Shown piece after piece: positions 1-9,680 of a stretch of DNA of 64,000 nt. The stretch is from NCBI GenBank assembly GCA_020635455.1, contig JACJZT010000003.1, positions 70,261-134,260 on the forward strand. Reading direction: 5' to 3'. A program made the position numbers and the translations under genes. Source of the stretch: Flavobacteriales bacterium (GTDB lineage: Bacteria; Bacteroidota; Bacteroidia; NS11-12g; UBA9320). The notes beneath the pieces were generated by a model. It did not search any database, was not told the origin of the DNA, and saw only the letters and a list, made by a program, of their open reading frames with translations. How positions within the stretch are numbered: position 1 is the first letter of the stretch; every line of letters starts with the position of its first letter.

Positions 1-628
1 TCCCATTCAGGAACATAATGAATTCGGTTTTAACATTGTTAAAATTGCCGAACGCCTCAATTCAGACAGCAATTATATCAGGATGAGTATGCTTGCCTAT
101 AACAGAGCTCCCGACCCGTTTGTGATCACAAGGGCCATAGCCAATTTTGAACGAACTCTTGTGAGTGGTAACAGCGCTTACGATAAATACACATATCTAA
201 AGGATAATACTGCACTTTCAAAAAATGAAATTAAAGGAATGAAACTATTCTTCAGCGAAAAAACAAATTGCTTCCAATGTCATGGTGGTTACAATTTTTC
301 CGACTACGCGTTTGAAAATAACGGGCTTTATGAAACCTATAAGGATATAGGAAGAATGCGATTAACAGGAGATCCAAAGGATGAAGCTTTGTTCAAAGTT
401 CCCACCCTGAGGAACATTTACTTTACTGCACCTTATATGCACGATGGTTCCATCGAAACTTTAATGGACGTGGTGGAACACTATAACTCCGGAGGTAAAA
501 ATCATCCACATAAAAGCAAACTTATCAAACCCCTTAACTTAAACCAAACTGAGAAAATTCAACTGGTAGACTTTCTGAATAGTTTATCGGATTATGAATT
601 TATAAGTAATGAAAAACACAAGCCGTAA
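1..628 (+). CDS. cytochrome c peroxidase (di-heme CCP/MauG family), 5'-truncated at the window edge
   Basis: The reading frame is open from nt 2 and the ORF-track protein carries a CFQCHGG heme-binding motif. Its C-terminal half aligns by eye with the downstream full-length CCP (PTLRNI..APYMHDG..HYNSG motif conserved in both). The upstream part is missing. Confidence 0.8.
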   Translation, partial: PIQEHNEFGFNIVKIAERLNSDSNYIRMSMLAYNRAPDPFVITRAIANFERTLVSGNSAYDKYTYLKDNTALSKNEIKGMKLFFSEKTNCFQCHGGYNFSDYAFENNGLYETYKDIGRMRLTGDPKDEALFKVPTLRNIYFTAPYMHDGSIETLMDVVEHYNSGGKNHPHKSKLIKPLNLNQTEKIQLVDFLNSLSDYEFISNEKHKP

Positions 629-632
629 AATT

Positions 633-1739
633 ATGATTTTCAAATTTTTAAGAACAAAATCCATTTTATTTTTTACCTATATAGTGTCGACCGTCTGGTT
701 TTTTAGTTGTGCTAAAAACGACGATAAGCCTGAGGGAATTACGCAAGACAATACTCCCTACGAATTAAATACGGGTGGATTCCCTCCACCAAAAATCGCA
801 GTAGACAACCAACTTACTATTGAAGGAGTTAAATTGGGGAGAATGTTATTTTATGAGAAAAAACTGTCGGGAGATGGTACTCAGGCATGTGCAAGTTGCC
901 ATATTCAGGAATTCGCTTTTACTGACACAGCCCGTTTTTCATTGGGAATACGAGGCCATCGGGGTGGCAGACAAGCCATGTCGGTATTTAATATGGCATG
1001 GCATGAAAACGAATTTTTCTGGGACGGAAGAGCTCACCTTCTGAGAGATCAATCCCTGATGCCGATACAAGATAAACTTGAAATGGATGAAACCCTTGAA
1101 AATGTAATTGCCAAACTGAGTGCAAGTCAAATGTACAAGGATCAATTTATTCGTGTTTTTGGAAGTGAAGAGATCACAAGCAGGAAAATGTCGCTTGCAA
1201 TGGAACAATTTATGAATTCCATAATTTCCAACAAATCCAGATTTGATGATTTTTTAAAGGATTCAACGGTTTTTACGAGTAGTGAAAAAAGAGGATTTAA
1301 ATTGTTTACAACCGAATACAATCCTTTCTTCCCCGACCAGAGTGGGGCTGATTGTCAACACTGTCACAGCGGGTTTAATTTTGAAAACGACAAGTATATG
1401 AATAATGGTTTGGATGGAGATGGTGAATTTAAGGATGAAGGACGATTTAAAACTTCCGGCACACAAAACGACTTCGGTAAATTCAAGGTTACCAGTCTAC
1501 GAAACATTGCAATAACCGCACCCTATATGCATGACGGCCGATTTAAAACACTCGAAGAAGTGATCGAACATTACAACTCAGGAATTAAAGCATCCGCAAC
1601 TCTGGACCCGTCACTCGAACAAACAAGGGCCAAAGGCTTGTTTTTAACGGATCAGGACAAAAAAGACCTTGTGGCATTTTTAAAAACATTAACGGATAAA
1701 GAACTCACTCATAATCCGGAATATTCATCCCCTTTTTAA
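633..1739 (+). CDS. di-heme cytochrome c peroxidase, lipoprotein form
   Basis: Two CxxCH motifs (CASCH and CQHCH) and the conserved PYMHDG and HYNSG motifs. The ATG at 633 sits directly after the upstream stop at 626-628 and gives a lipoprotein signal peptide (MIFKFL...FFSC). The ORF-track start at 609 would overlap the upstream paralog. Confidence 0.85.
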   Translation: MIFKFLRTKSILFFTYIVSTVWFFSCAKNDDKPEGITQDNTPYELNTGGFPPPKIAVDNQLTIEGVKLGRMLFYEKKLSGDGTQACASCHIQEFAFTDTARFSLGIRGHRGGRQAMSVFNMAWHENEFFWDGRAHLLRDQSLMPIQDKLEMDETLENVIAKLSASQMYKDQFIRVFGSEEITSRKMSLAMEQFMNSIISNKSRFDDFLKDSTVFTSSEKRGFKLFTTEYNPFFPDQSGADCQHCHSGFNFENDKYMNNGLDGDGEFKDEGRFKTSGTQNDFGKFKVTSLRNIAITAPYMHDGRFKTLEEVIEHYNSGIKASATLDPSLEQTRAKGLFLTDQDKKDLVAFLKTLTDKELTHNPEYSSPF

Positions 1740-2019
1740 AGAATTACTGAATTAACATCCTTTCGAACCTGTGGAAGCAGAAGCTTATAATTCGAATTTA
1801 TATAGGACGAATCAATATCTATGGAGTTTGTCTCTTAACCGTCTGCTTTTTATCTGTCCAAGGTGAGTAAAACCATCCGAAAACACCTTGATACGAATAC
1901 ATTAAGGGTATTATCAGTTAGGCTTTTTTCAAAAAAATCGTCTGTTTTAAAATAAATTCATATACTTTGTGATACGAATTGTCTTTGGGATGTGTCAATA
2001 TTACAGGTTTGGAGAAAGT

Positions 2020-3201
2020 ATGAAAATAAAATCCGGCAAAAAAATTCTTCTACTGTCTCTTATCTTTTGTATGCTCTTTGTAGCCTGCAAAAAGGAGGAT
2101 GCACAAACTTTGAACTCTTCTGATTTTGTTAGTTATGGAAACAATGCAAATCTTGAACTAATTACACTTCTCCCTACTAGTGATGGTGGATTTATTGCAG
2201 GACTCAATTCTTATAAGAATGGGAATAAGGACATTCTTATCCTCAAATACAGCTCAAACCTCGACCTCGAATGGCAAAGAGAACTTGGGACAGTTTTTAA
2301 GGAGGATCTTCAAAAAATAATTGTTACCAAAACGAATGAGATTCTGGTTGCCGGTTTCAGTGAAGGGTTTATGCAAACCAATTTACCCGTAACACAACGC
2401 AAAAAAAACAATATTTACCTTATCCGTATGGATATGCAAGGAAAAATCTCCCGGGAAAACAGTTTGGACTTTGATCCTTCGAACCGACAGGATATACATG
2501 GGCTGGGAGATTTTTACATATCGGATGTTTTGGAAGAAAGTGATGCCGGTATCCTTGTTACAGGTTATTCATTGCTTAATGAATCTTTTGCAGGAGGGGG
2601 TTTTACAAGCTATTTCGGTTTTATGTTGAAAACGGATGACGCAGGGAACTTTCAAAAGAGATTTCAATTTCCAAAAATGCCTGAGTCGATTACTGAAACC
2701 CAAGATGCTTATCTCATACATTTTTTTACTTTCTTTGACGAGGAAGCCGGGTATTTTAAAGTTCTTAAATCCAGGTCCGGTGGCACCTATAACCAACTGT
2801 TAGACACAACAATATTCCCTTTTTATAACAATCGCTTACCGGAGACCAACTACGCCAGATACAAATTGTTGCCTGATGCGGATCATATCTTGTATGATTA
2901 TTGTTTTCCGGATCACATAAACCGCTATGAATATAACATACCAAATGATCAAATTGAATATAAGCGTATATCTTTACCAGAAGGACCATACAACTCAGCC
3001 TTTCCCCTGGATGATCACAAGGTATTGTTCTCCAAAGCATCAGGAGAGATCATGATCCTGAACTCCGGAAGCATCGAAGCGTTTGCCAAAACAAAATTCC
3101 CCATTACTAAAATTATTAGAACAAAGGGTGATTATTTTATAGTTGCTTCAATCTCGGAACAGAAATTTAATGTCTATAAATTCAATGTTAAGGATCGCTA
3201 G
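2020..3201 (+). CDS. hypothetical lipoprotein, possibly beta-propeller-like
   Basis: The internal ATG at 2020 gives MKIKSGKKILLLSLIFCMLFVAC, a signal peptide with a lipobox. Repeated blades of the form GG[FI]..G..DILILKY..NG..W resemble PQQ/BamB-like propellers. I recognise no named family. Confidence 0.5.
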   Translation: MKIKSGKKILLLSLIFCMLFVACKKEDAQTLNSSDFVSYGNNANLELITLLPTSDGGFIAGLNSYKNGNKDILILKYSSNLDLEWQRELGTVFKEDLQKIIVTKTNEILVAGFSEGFMQTNLPVTQRKKNNIYLIRMDMQGKISRENSLDFDPSNRQDIHGLGDFYISDVLEESDAGILVTGYSLLNESFAGGGFTSYFGFMLKTDDAGNFQKRFQFPKMPESITETQDAYLIHFFTFFDEEAGYFKVLKSRSGGTYNQLLDTTIFPFYNNRLPETNYARYKLLPDADHILYDYCFPDHINRYEYNIPNDQIEYKRISLPEGPYNSAFPLDDHKVLFSKASGEIMILNSGSIEAFAKTKFPITKIIRTKGDYFIVASISEQKFNVYKFNVKDR

Positions 3202-3202
3202 A

Positions 3203-4384
3203 ATGAATAAAGTTTTTTATCTTATTTTATTGGGTTTAGCCCTTTTCACCTCATGTAAAAAGAATGACGGGAATTTGTCGGTCCTGTTCAATGGAAACCC
3301 GAATAATTTTGTTCTCAGGGACCTTCAGGCCGGACCGGATGGTCATTTCTTCTGTCAGATGTTTAATTATAAGGATGGAACCAATCATATACTTGAGTAT
3401 GACAGGAATTTTAACCTTTTTAAACACATCAAGCTCAGTAAACTCAGCCAACCTGATTTTATTGAAGGCAACTTCCTGTTAAAATATCGAATGAACAAAG
3501 GTTGGTATGTGGTTAATTCCTATAACCTTGGTTTCGATAGTTCCAGACTTATTCTTTTCGCCACAGATGAAGATTTTAACATACTTCGTAAAAAAACCGT
3601 TTACAGCAGTATAAGGCGAGGTCCGTTGGCTTATGACCTTGAAGTTTTGGAAAATGATCATCTTTTGCTCAGTTGGGAAACCGTATTTTTATACAGGAAT
3701 GAGTCGTTTACGTATATTTCTGAATTTGACCCTGACTTTAATTTTGTGCATCATCTCGAGTGTGATAAAGATCTTCAAAAGACACAGGGCTATGTTTCTT
3801 CGGATAATCCCAGATTGACCGTAAAGGATGACGGCTCAATATTTTACTGTTTCAGGGCCTGGTTAACGGATACAGGCACCTTGGTAGCGGGTAAACTTGA
3901 TGCCAACCGGGATAAGGAATTTGAAAAGGTGCTGAAGATCGGATCAAATTCAAGGCCCGTTAGCCTGATACCCTTTAAGCAAAAGATCTTATTGGGAGCT
4001 ACGGAAGGTTATGCTGAAAAACCCTTTTTTATTTCGCTTAATAAGGAGGACGGAAGCTATTTTATGCCGGGAATTTTTGAAGAAAACCTAAACATCAATT
4101 CTGCATTTGAGATTCCTAATGTCTTGAATAAAATTGATGAAAATCATGCCGGGATTCTTCTTAAGGATCTTGGTACCAATGGGCTTGTCTATCGCAAATA
4201 CAATGAAGAATCTGTACTGCAACAACAGTTTAAAATCGATCTTCCTCCGGATGCAATCCTATATGGCTTCAGACAGATCAACATCCATAACGATTTACTT
4301 GTTGCCTGCAGTTACGAATACAAGAATAAACTTTATCTTAGTTTCAGGTGGCTTGATGAAAGTGGGAAAGTGATACTTGACTAA
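3203..4384 (+). CDS. hypothetical lipoprotein, paralog-like neighbour of the preceding gene
   Basis: The ATG at 3203, directly after the upstream TAG at 3199-3201, gives MNKVFYLILLGLALFTSC, a signal peptide with a lipobox. Its size and composition are similar to the upstream lipoprotein. Confidence 0.5.
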   Translation: MNKVFYLILLGLALFTSCKKNDGNLSVLFNGNPNNFVLRDLQAGPDGHFFCQMFNYKDGTNHILEYDRNFNLFKHIKLSKLSQPDFIEGNFLLKYRMNKGWYVVNSYNLGFDSSRLILFATDEDFNILRKKTVYSSIRRGPLAYDLEVLENDHLLLSWETVFLYRNESFTYISEFDPDFNFVHHLECDKDLQKTQGYVSSDNPRLTVKDDGSIFYCFRAWLTDTGTLVAGKLDANRDKEFEKVLKIGSNSRPVSLIPFKQKILLGATEGYAEKPFFISLNKEDGSYFMPGIFEENLNINSAFEIPNVLNKIDENHAGILLKDLGTNGLVYRKYNEESVLQQQFKIDLPPDAILYGFRQINIHNDLLVACSYEYKNKLYLSFRWLDESGKVILD

Positions 4385-4815
4385 TTTCTTTCTTTGATCA
4401 CACCCTTCATCTTTTCAGTCATGTAAGTGGTGTATTTCATTTGTGCGTCGGTCCATGCTTTTGAACATTCCGGATCTATATACAACTCCTTATGTTCATT
4501 AATGCTTTTTCCCAATTGCTCAAGATCCTTTCGGATGTCTTCTTTCTTTTTTTCATTGGCTTCGGTATATCCGTTCTTTTTAACGTCTTCCGACAATTCT
4601 ATTAATTCATCTAAACTTGCAATGTATTTTTTAAGATCTTCACCGCATTTACCTCCGGTAGACTTCACTTCAGGTTTTTCCTCTGCCTGTGGCCCGGCTG
4701 TTGTTTCGTAACTTGCCGCTGAATCTTCTTTTGTGGCTTCTTCAGAGTTTGTTTTGCTCCCACAGGACCAAATTAATAATGAGAATGTAAAGGTGTAAAA
4801 AAGTACTTTTTTCAT
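4381..4815 (-). CDS. small hypothetical lipoprotein
   Basis: N-terminal MKKVLFYTFTFSLLIWSCG (a type II signal peptide), followed by a charged Lys/Glu-rich mature region. Confidence 0.45.
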   Translation of the reverse strand: MKKVLFYTFTFSLLIWSCGSKTNSEEATKEDSAASYETTAGPQAEEKPEVKSTGGKCGEDLKKYIASLDELIELSEDVKKNGYTEANEKKKEDIRKDLEQLGKSINEHKELYIDPECSKAWTDAQMKYTTYMTEKMKGVIKERN

Positions 4816-4984
4816 GTTATCAATTTTTTTAAGTAAAAATATTATTGCACAAAATAATTGCTTTCATGCAATTATCAATGCTTAACACGGATTTTGTTAA
4901 AAATCTGATGACCTAAAAAAGACATACTAATTTATACTTACAGCATAATAATATTAATTTGCACATTCTTAAAACAAATATACT

Positions 4985-5506
4985 ATGCTTAAAAAGATCT
5001 CCGGAATGATTGTAACGTTGCTCATTGCACTGTGTGCAAACGCCCAAACATTGAGTTCATCGGTAGTAAGTACAGGCGGCGCTTCTACAGCAAGCTCGGC
5101 AGGGTATCTTACCTACACCATCGGCGAAACCGTTCCAACAACTTTTACTTCTGGAACATCCCTATTGACCAGTGGGTTTCAACAGGGTCATACAAGTTCT
5201 GACCCTTTGGAGATCGTTGAATTAAGCCGTCAGGTGCAGATAAAACTTTTTCCAAATCCGGCGAAGTCTTTCATTGAGATCAACGTTGAGTCAGCCGACT
5301 ATAAATTTTTTAACATTACCATTTTCAATTCTCTGGGAGAAAAGATCCTTTGCCTTAATGACACTGAACCATCAGGCTTAGACCAAAACACACGTATAGA
5401 TCTCGAGGGTTTTGAGTCGGGTTTGTATTTTGCAAACGTAACCTTTAAGAACAACCTGACAGAGAACGGTCAAACAACCACCCGCAAATTTTTTATTCGT
5501 CCATAA
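4985..5506 (+). CDS. secreted protein with a T9SS (Por) C-terminal sorting domain and a Ser/Thr/Gly-rich linker
   Basis: A signal peptide (ANA-QT) is followed by a low-complexity S/T/G-rich stretch. The last ~85 aa (KLFPNPAKSFIEINV...GLYFANV...KFFIRP) match the type A T9SS CTD pattern. Confidence 0.6.
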   Translation: MLKKISGMIVTLLIALCANAQTLSSSVVSTGGASTASSAGYLTYTIGETVPTTFTSGTSLLTSGFQQGHTSSDPLEIVELSRQVQIKLFPNPAKSFIEINVESADYKFFNITIFNSLGEKILCLNDTEPSGLDQNTRIDLEGFESGLYFANVTFKNNLTENGQTTTRKFFIRP

Positions 5507-5525
5507 ACATATTTAAACAAACTAT

Positions 5526-6749
5526 ATGAAATCAATCATTCTACGTAAACTATTTTTATTTTTCAGTATCGCTGTTAGCTTGAGCGCCTTCAGTCAGGTA
5601 CCGGAAAAGATCAATTATCAGGCTGTTGCAAGAGATGCAAACGGAACGATCATTGCTTCAAAAAGCATTTCTGTAAGGTTTTCAATTCACGATAACGGTG
5701 CCTCAGGGCCGGTAGTGTACAGTGAAACACAAAAAGTTGTTACCAATGCATTGGGAGTTTTTTCCGTTGCTATCGGAGGAGGAACTATTGTAAGTGGGTC
5801 TATGTCAACCATAAATTGGGGTTTAAACGACAAATTCCTTCAGGTAGAATTTGATCCAAATGGCGGAAATTCCTATTCCGATATGGGTTCCACTCAACTT
5901 TTGTCGGTTCCCTTCGCATTGTATTCTGCCAACGGAAAACCTGGTCCGGAAGGACCTGCCGGACCGGCAGGAGCCACAGGACCCGCAGGACCTGCAGGAC
6001 CTAAAGGAGATCCGGGAAATGACGGAAAAGACGGGATTAACGGTTTGAATGGAAAAGACGGTAAAGACGGAATTGATGGTAAAGACGGAAAAGATGGTGC
6101 ATCAAGTCTTAAAGGTGGCACCACAAATACATTGATCAAGTTCCAGGACGATTCTACAGGTGTTAATTCTATGATCACGGATAATGGCCAAACTGTTGGT
6201 ATCAATCAGGGAACCATGGATCCCAATGCCAAACTCGACATAAATGGAAGAATTAAGATCAGAGGGGGTTCACCAGGCAAAGGAAAAGTTTTGACCTCTG
6301 ATTCTCTTGGTCTTGCTTCATGGCAGGATGGTGCCGGCGGGTCAAAGGTTGGTTTCTCTGCCAAATTCAGTTCAGGTTTTAACATACCTTCCGGTGGTGC
6401 ATATTATATGAATTATGGTACTGAAGACTTCGACCACGGAAATAATTTTGCAGATACTGCATTTACCGCTCCTGCCGATGGTGTTTATCACTTTGATGTT
6501 CTTGCAACCTGGTATCAGTTTAGCACTGCTACTGGTTATAATTACATTAACTTAAGGGTTAATGGCGCAACTTATACCATCAATTACCAGCCAAACTTAA
6601 GTACATTGGTGGTAACCAATGAAGTATCGGCAAATATTGAACTTAAAAAAGGAGATACTGTAACTTGTACCATTTATCAAAACAGCGGCGCAACACAGGT
6701 ACTCAACTTTACAAGTAGCAATCGCTTTTCGGGTTATCGGGTTTACTAA
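5526..6749 (+). CDS. collagen triple-helix repeat protein with a C1q/TNF-like globular C-terminal domain
   Basis: A signal peptide, then an uninterrupted GXY tract of about 18 triplets ([34 protein letters not shown]...GKDGKDG), then a C-terminal jelly-roll-like region (GVYHFDV...[13 protein letters not shown]...FSGYRVY) typical of C1q-like domains. Confidence 0.6.
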   Translation: MKSIILRKLFLFFSIAVSLSAFSQVPEKINYQAVARDANGTIIASKSISVRFSIHDNGASGPVVYSETQKVVTNALGVFSVAIGGGTIVSGSMSTINWGLNDKFLQVEFDPNGGNSYSDMGSTQLLSVPFALYSANGKPGPEGPAGPAGATGPAGPAGPKGDPGNDGKDGINGLNGKDGKDGIDGKDGKDGASSLKGGTTNTLIKFQDDSTGVNSMITDNGQTVGINQGTMDPNAKLDINGRIKIRGGSPGKGKVLTSDSLGLASWQDGAGGSKVGFSAKFSSGFNIPSGGAYYMNYGTEDFDHGNNFADTAFTAPADGVYHFDVLATWYQFSTATGYNYINLRVNGATYTINYQPNLSTLVVTNEVSANIELKKGDTVTCTIYQNSGATQVLNFTSSNRFSGYRVY

Positions 6750-6761
6750 TATTTTTATAAT

Positions 6762-7190
6762 CTAATCAAAAGGAGGGTTATTCTTAGGAATGCCCTCTTT
6801 TTTTATTTCCTTAGAGATCATTATGCTTTCAAAGATGTAGGATTTGACGAGGTCCGTATCAATTTCAGCATGATCAACAAAATCCTTATAATAAACCTGC
6901 TTTCGGTTGCCCTTATCAAGATAATTGATCTCATCGGTTAACAGATACCCAAGAGTAAAGCCCAACCGAACTCCTTCATAGCTTTTTTTTGCACCCCATA
7001 ATACAGAAGCAGGCCAAATAAAAAACAGTCTTGAGTACAAATGATAAAAAGGCACGTTATAAGAAAGTTTTTCCTTGATCTGTGGTTCACAATCAAAAAT
7101 CATATTCCTCAATATTTCTGTGATCAGCCTTTCGTCTTCCGGCAAAAAATCCAGAAATTCTTCAAGCGTGTTGAACTTTACATTTTGCAT
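6762..7190 (-). CDS. DUF1801 (YdhG-like) domain protein
   Basis: The size (142 aa) and the motif pattern LDFLPEDER..I..LR..I....P...EK.SYNVPFY....RL fit the DUF1801 family as I recall it. Confidence 0.45.
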   Translation of the reverse strand: MQNVKFNTLEEFLDFLPEDERLITEILRNMIFDCEPQIKEKLSYNVPFYHLYSRLFFIWPASVLWGAKKSYEGVRLGFTLGYLLTDEINYLDKGNRKQVYYKDFVDHAEIDTDLVKSYIFESIMISKEIKKEGIPKNNPPFD

Positions 7191-7200
7191 TAATGATGCA

Positions 7201-8241
7201 TTAAAACTCTTCCCACCAGTTTTTTAGTTCATACCTTTCCATGATATCCAATAATGATCCCGGCGATGGCACTCTGCTGATCGCATTTCTTTTTTGGCAT
7301 TCTTCAATAAACCTTTGCACAGGATCAGTCCACGAATGCTGGGCTAATGCAAAACCGGCCCAATGAACGGGGACCATTACTTTTGCTCCTGCCTCCAATC
7401 CTGCCATTACGGATTCTTCCGGAAACATATGGATCTGATGCCAGTATTTATTGTATTGTCCGCATTCCATAAATGCCAAATCGAATGTGCTGAACTTCTT
7501 CCCAATATCTTTGAAATGTGCACCATATCCACCGTCTCCGCTAAACCAGATCTGTGTTGATCCCGAACGAATGACCCAACCACCCCAAAGCGATTTGGAA
7601 TGATCGCCTATTCCTCGTCCCGAGAAATGGCGTGTGGGAGTGAAAAAGATCTTTATAGTATCGAGCTCCATAGAGTCCCACCACGAAAACTCATGTACCC
7701 TGTTCCCCTCCACACCCCACTTTTCAAGATGTCGTTTTACACCTAGTGCAACATAGAAATTCTTCACCTTTGACCTTAATTTTTGAATACTATCGTAATC
7801 CAAATGGTCGTAATGATCGTGTGTTAAAAGTACCGCATCAATCTCCGGCCACTCATCAACGATGTTCAGGGTTTGTGAACTAAAACGTCTTACAGCAAAG
7901 GGTGAAATGGGTGCTGCATTGCTTCCCATCATTGGATCTATCAAAATCGTTTTACCACCTAAGCGCAGCAAAACAACCGAATGACCATACCAGATGTATT
8001 TAACAGAATTGGATGCTGTAAGAAATTTTGCCATGTCAAACGTTTCAACAGGGATAGGTTTAGAGGGTGTTCTTTTTTCTTTTTCAAAAAACTGTTTGTA
8101 CAAAATTTTAGGAAGCGTATAAAAATTCACCTCCATACGTGTGGTTTCGAGATTTACAAATCGTTTACCATTCCATTGTTTATTGGTCGAGAACTTTAAA
8201 CGCTCAGCCCTATTGGGTCTCGCTCCGAATTGCTTATTCAT
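7201..8241 (-). CDS. MBL-fold metallo-hydrolase (NAPE-PLD-like family)
   Basis: Contains the LLTHDHYDHLD metal-binding motif (HxHxDH) and the wider beta-lactamase fold pattern. Confidence 0.65.
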   Translation of the reverse strand: MNKQFGARPNRAERLKFSTNKQWNGKRFVNLETTRMEVNFYTLPKILYKQFFEKEKRTPSKPIPVETFDMAKFLTASNSVKYIWYGHSVVLLRLGGKTILIDPMMGSNAAPISPFAVRRFSSQTLNIVDEWPEIDAVLLTHDHYDHLDYDSIQKLRSKVKNFYVALGVKRHLEKWGVEGNRVHEFSWWDSMELDTIKIFFTPTRHFSGRGIGDHSKSLWGGWVIRSGSTQIWFSGDGGYGAHFKDIGKKFSTFDLAFMECGQYNKYWHQIHMFPEESVMAGLEAGAKVMVPVHWAGFALAQHSWTDPVQRFIEECQKRNAISRVPSPGSLLDIMERYELKNWWEEF

Positions 8242-8893
8242 TGGATAGTTTTAACAAGTCCTTGTTTGTAACGATTTCCCGGCCGTATCCTTTAATCCCC
8301 ACATTGAACATCGCCTTTGCAAGAACATCTGAAGGTACACTGTACGAGGTGCCAAGCAGTTTTATCAATGGGTAAAGCCTTCTTGTGAGCTTATAGGATA
8401 AATTGGGTTCTTTTCTTGGAACAACAGGGTAAATATACGCAGGTCTGAAAGTGTAAAAAGATCCCAATTCCAGGTCTTTCAGTCCGTTTTCGGCCATTCC
8501 CTTGTCCAGAGCAAACATCATACGACTTTTACCTGTGCGGTCAGCACCGGCTCCACTTAACAAACAAAAGCGAAGTTCAGGATTTAACAATTTTAATTTC
8601 TTTGCAAGTGCAAGTGGATAATCTACCGTCACCTTTCTGAAAACTTCTCTTGAAACCATTCCTGTGTATACACCCATACAAAAATAGACCGTATCAACTT
8701 TTAACAGATCGTCGCCAATGTCCTCATAATTTTCGAAGTCAGAATGGACTATTTCTTTCAGTTTCCCGTTTTTTATCGGGCCGGGACTTCTTACCAAACT
8801 TATAACTTCACTTACTTCATCACTTTGAATACAAAGTTTAAGGATCTCACCACCGATCATACCGCTTGCACCGGTAATTAGTACTTTTTTCAA
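8234..8893 (-). CDS. NAD(P)-binding Rossmann-fold oxidoreductase/epimerase family protein
   Basis: N-terminal KKVLITGASGMIGGEIL matches the GxxGxxG dinucleotide-binding motif. Confidence 0.55.
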   Translation of the reverse strand: MKKVLITGASGMIGGEILKLCIQSDEVSEVISLVRSPGPIKNGKLKEIVHSDFENYEDIGDDLLKVDTVYFCMGVYTGMVSREVFRKVTVDYPLALAKKLKLLNPELRFCLLSGAGADRTGKSRMMFALDKGMAENGLKDLELGSFYTFRPAYIYPVVPRKEPNLSYKLTRRLYPLIKLLGTSYSVPSDVLAKAMFNVGIKGYGREIVTNKDLLKLSNE

Positions 8894-9152
8894 AATTTAA
8901 AACTTATACCCCAAAGTTAATAAGAAATTCCATCTTCGCTTCCGGGTAATGGTCAATGTGCCTCTTTTTTCAGACCAAAGCCTTATGTTCATTCAAAAAG
9001 TCCATTTTATCTTCCAAGATTCTTAAAATTCCGATAAAATTTCAACTTTTGTTGCATATAGTCCTATTTAACCAATAATTTTGCAGTCTCAAATGAAAAG
9101 GTACGACACCTTGTTTGCTGCGATCCGAAAATTGCAATGCAGTGACTTCAAA

Positions 9153-9545
9153 ATGAAGTTAAGTACCCTTTTCCTTCTGACCTTATTCCTGATAGTTCAA
9201 TTAGCAAATGCAGGAACCTTTGTAAGCGGAAAAACGAATAAATATTTTTCGGATACCAAAGCCACCAGGAGTTATTCAGCATCCTTTCATACGATTAAAG
9301 ACAGCCAGGATTCTCCTTATCGTTTTCTTTGGTTTGAATCCGAAACTTCTTTATTCGAAGAAAGCGACAACAGCGAAGAACAATCCGGGGGCAGTTCATG
9401 GGAATGCAATGTGGATCTTTTGCCTTTCTATCTTCATTGCAAAAAGACAAAATCAAGTCTGTTTAAGATACAATCTTCGGAATATAACCGAAAAAGTATC
9501 CCTTTATATATACTTCATACTTCCTGGAAATCAGATCTAAGCTGA
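9153..9545 (+). CDS. hypothetical secreted protein
   Basis: The internal start gives MKLSTLFLLTLFLIVQLANAG, a signal peptide. I recognise no domain. It lies upstream of the RND operon. Confidence 0.25.
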   Translation: MKLSTLFLLTLFLIVQLANAGTFVSGKTNKYFSDTKATRSYSASFHTIKDSQDSPYRFLWFESETSLFEESDNSEEQSGGSSWECNVDLLPFYLHCKKTKSSLFKIQSSEYNRKSIPLYILHTSWKSDLS

Positions 9546-9680
9546 TTAAAATTCCCTAAAATTCATTTCAGGCAATAAGGTCCTGAAAAATTTGTTTGGC
9601 TGAATAATTTCTGAAAAGGCATTAATGTCCGGTGCCAAATAAAATTCCGGTTTTAAAAAAAATGAAGTAAAAATATCAAA

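Noticed and set aside
609-632. ORF-track start at 609 for the second CCP, which would overlap the upstream gene by 20 bp
   Set aside because: The ATG at 633 follows the upstream stop directly and yields a clean lipoprotein signal peptide, so the overlap is unnecessary.
820-1466. ORFs 820-1044 (+), 939-1208 (-) and 1263-1466 (-) inside the second CCP gene
   Set aside because: They are fully nested in or antisense to a well-supported CCP coding region.
5894-6205. 103-aa minus-strand ORF rich in Pro/Ala/Gly ([20 protein letters not shown])
   Set aside because: It is the reverse complement of the collagen GXY repeat of the plus-strand gene, a well-known artefact of GC-skewed triplet repeats.
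9334-9540. 68-aa ORF overlapping the 9081-9545 hypothetical
   Set aside because: It is an alternate frame of an already weak call and has no signal or motif.
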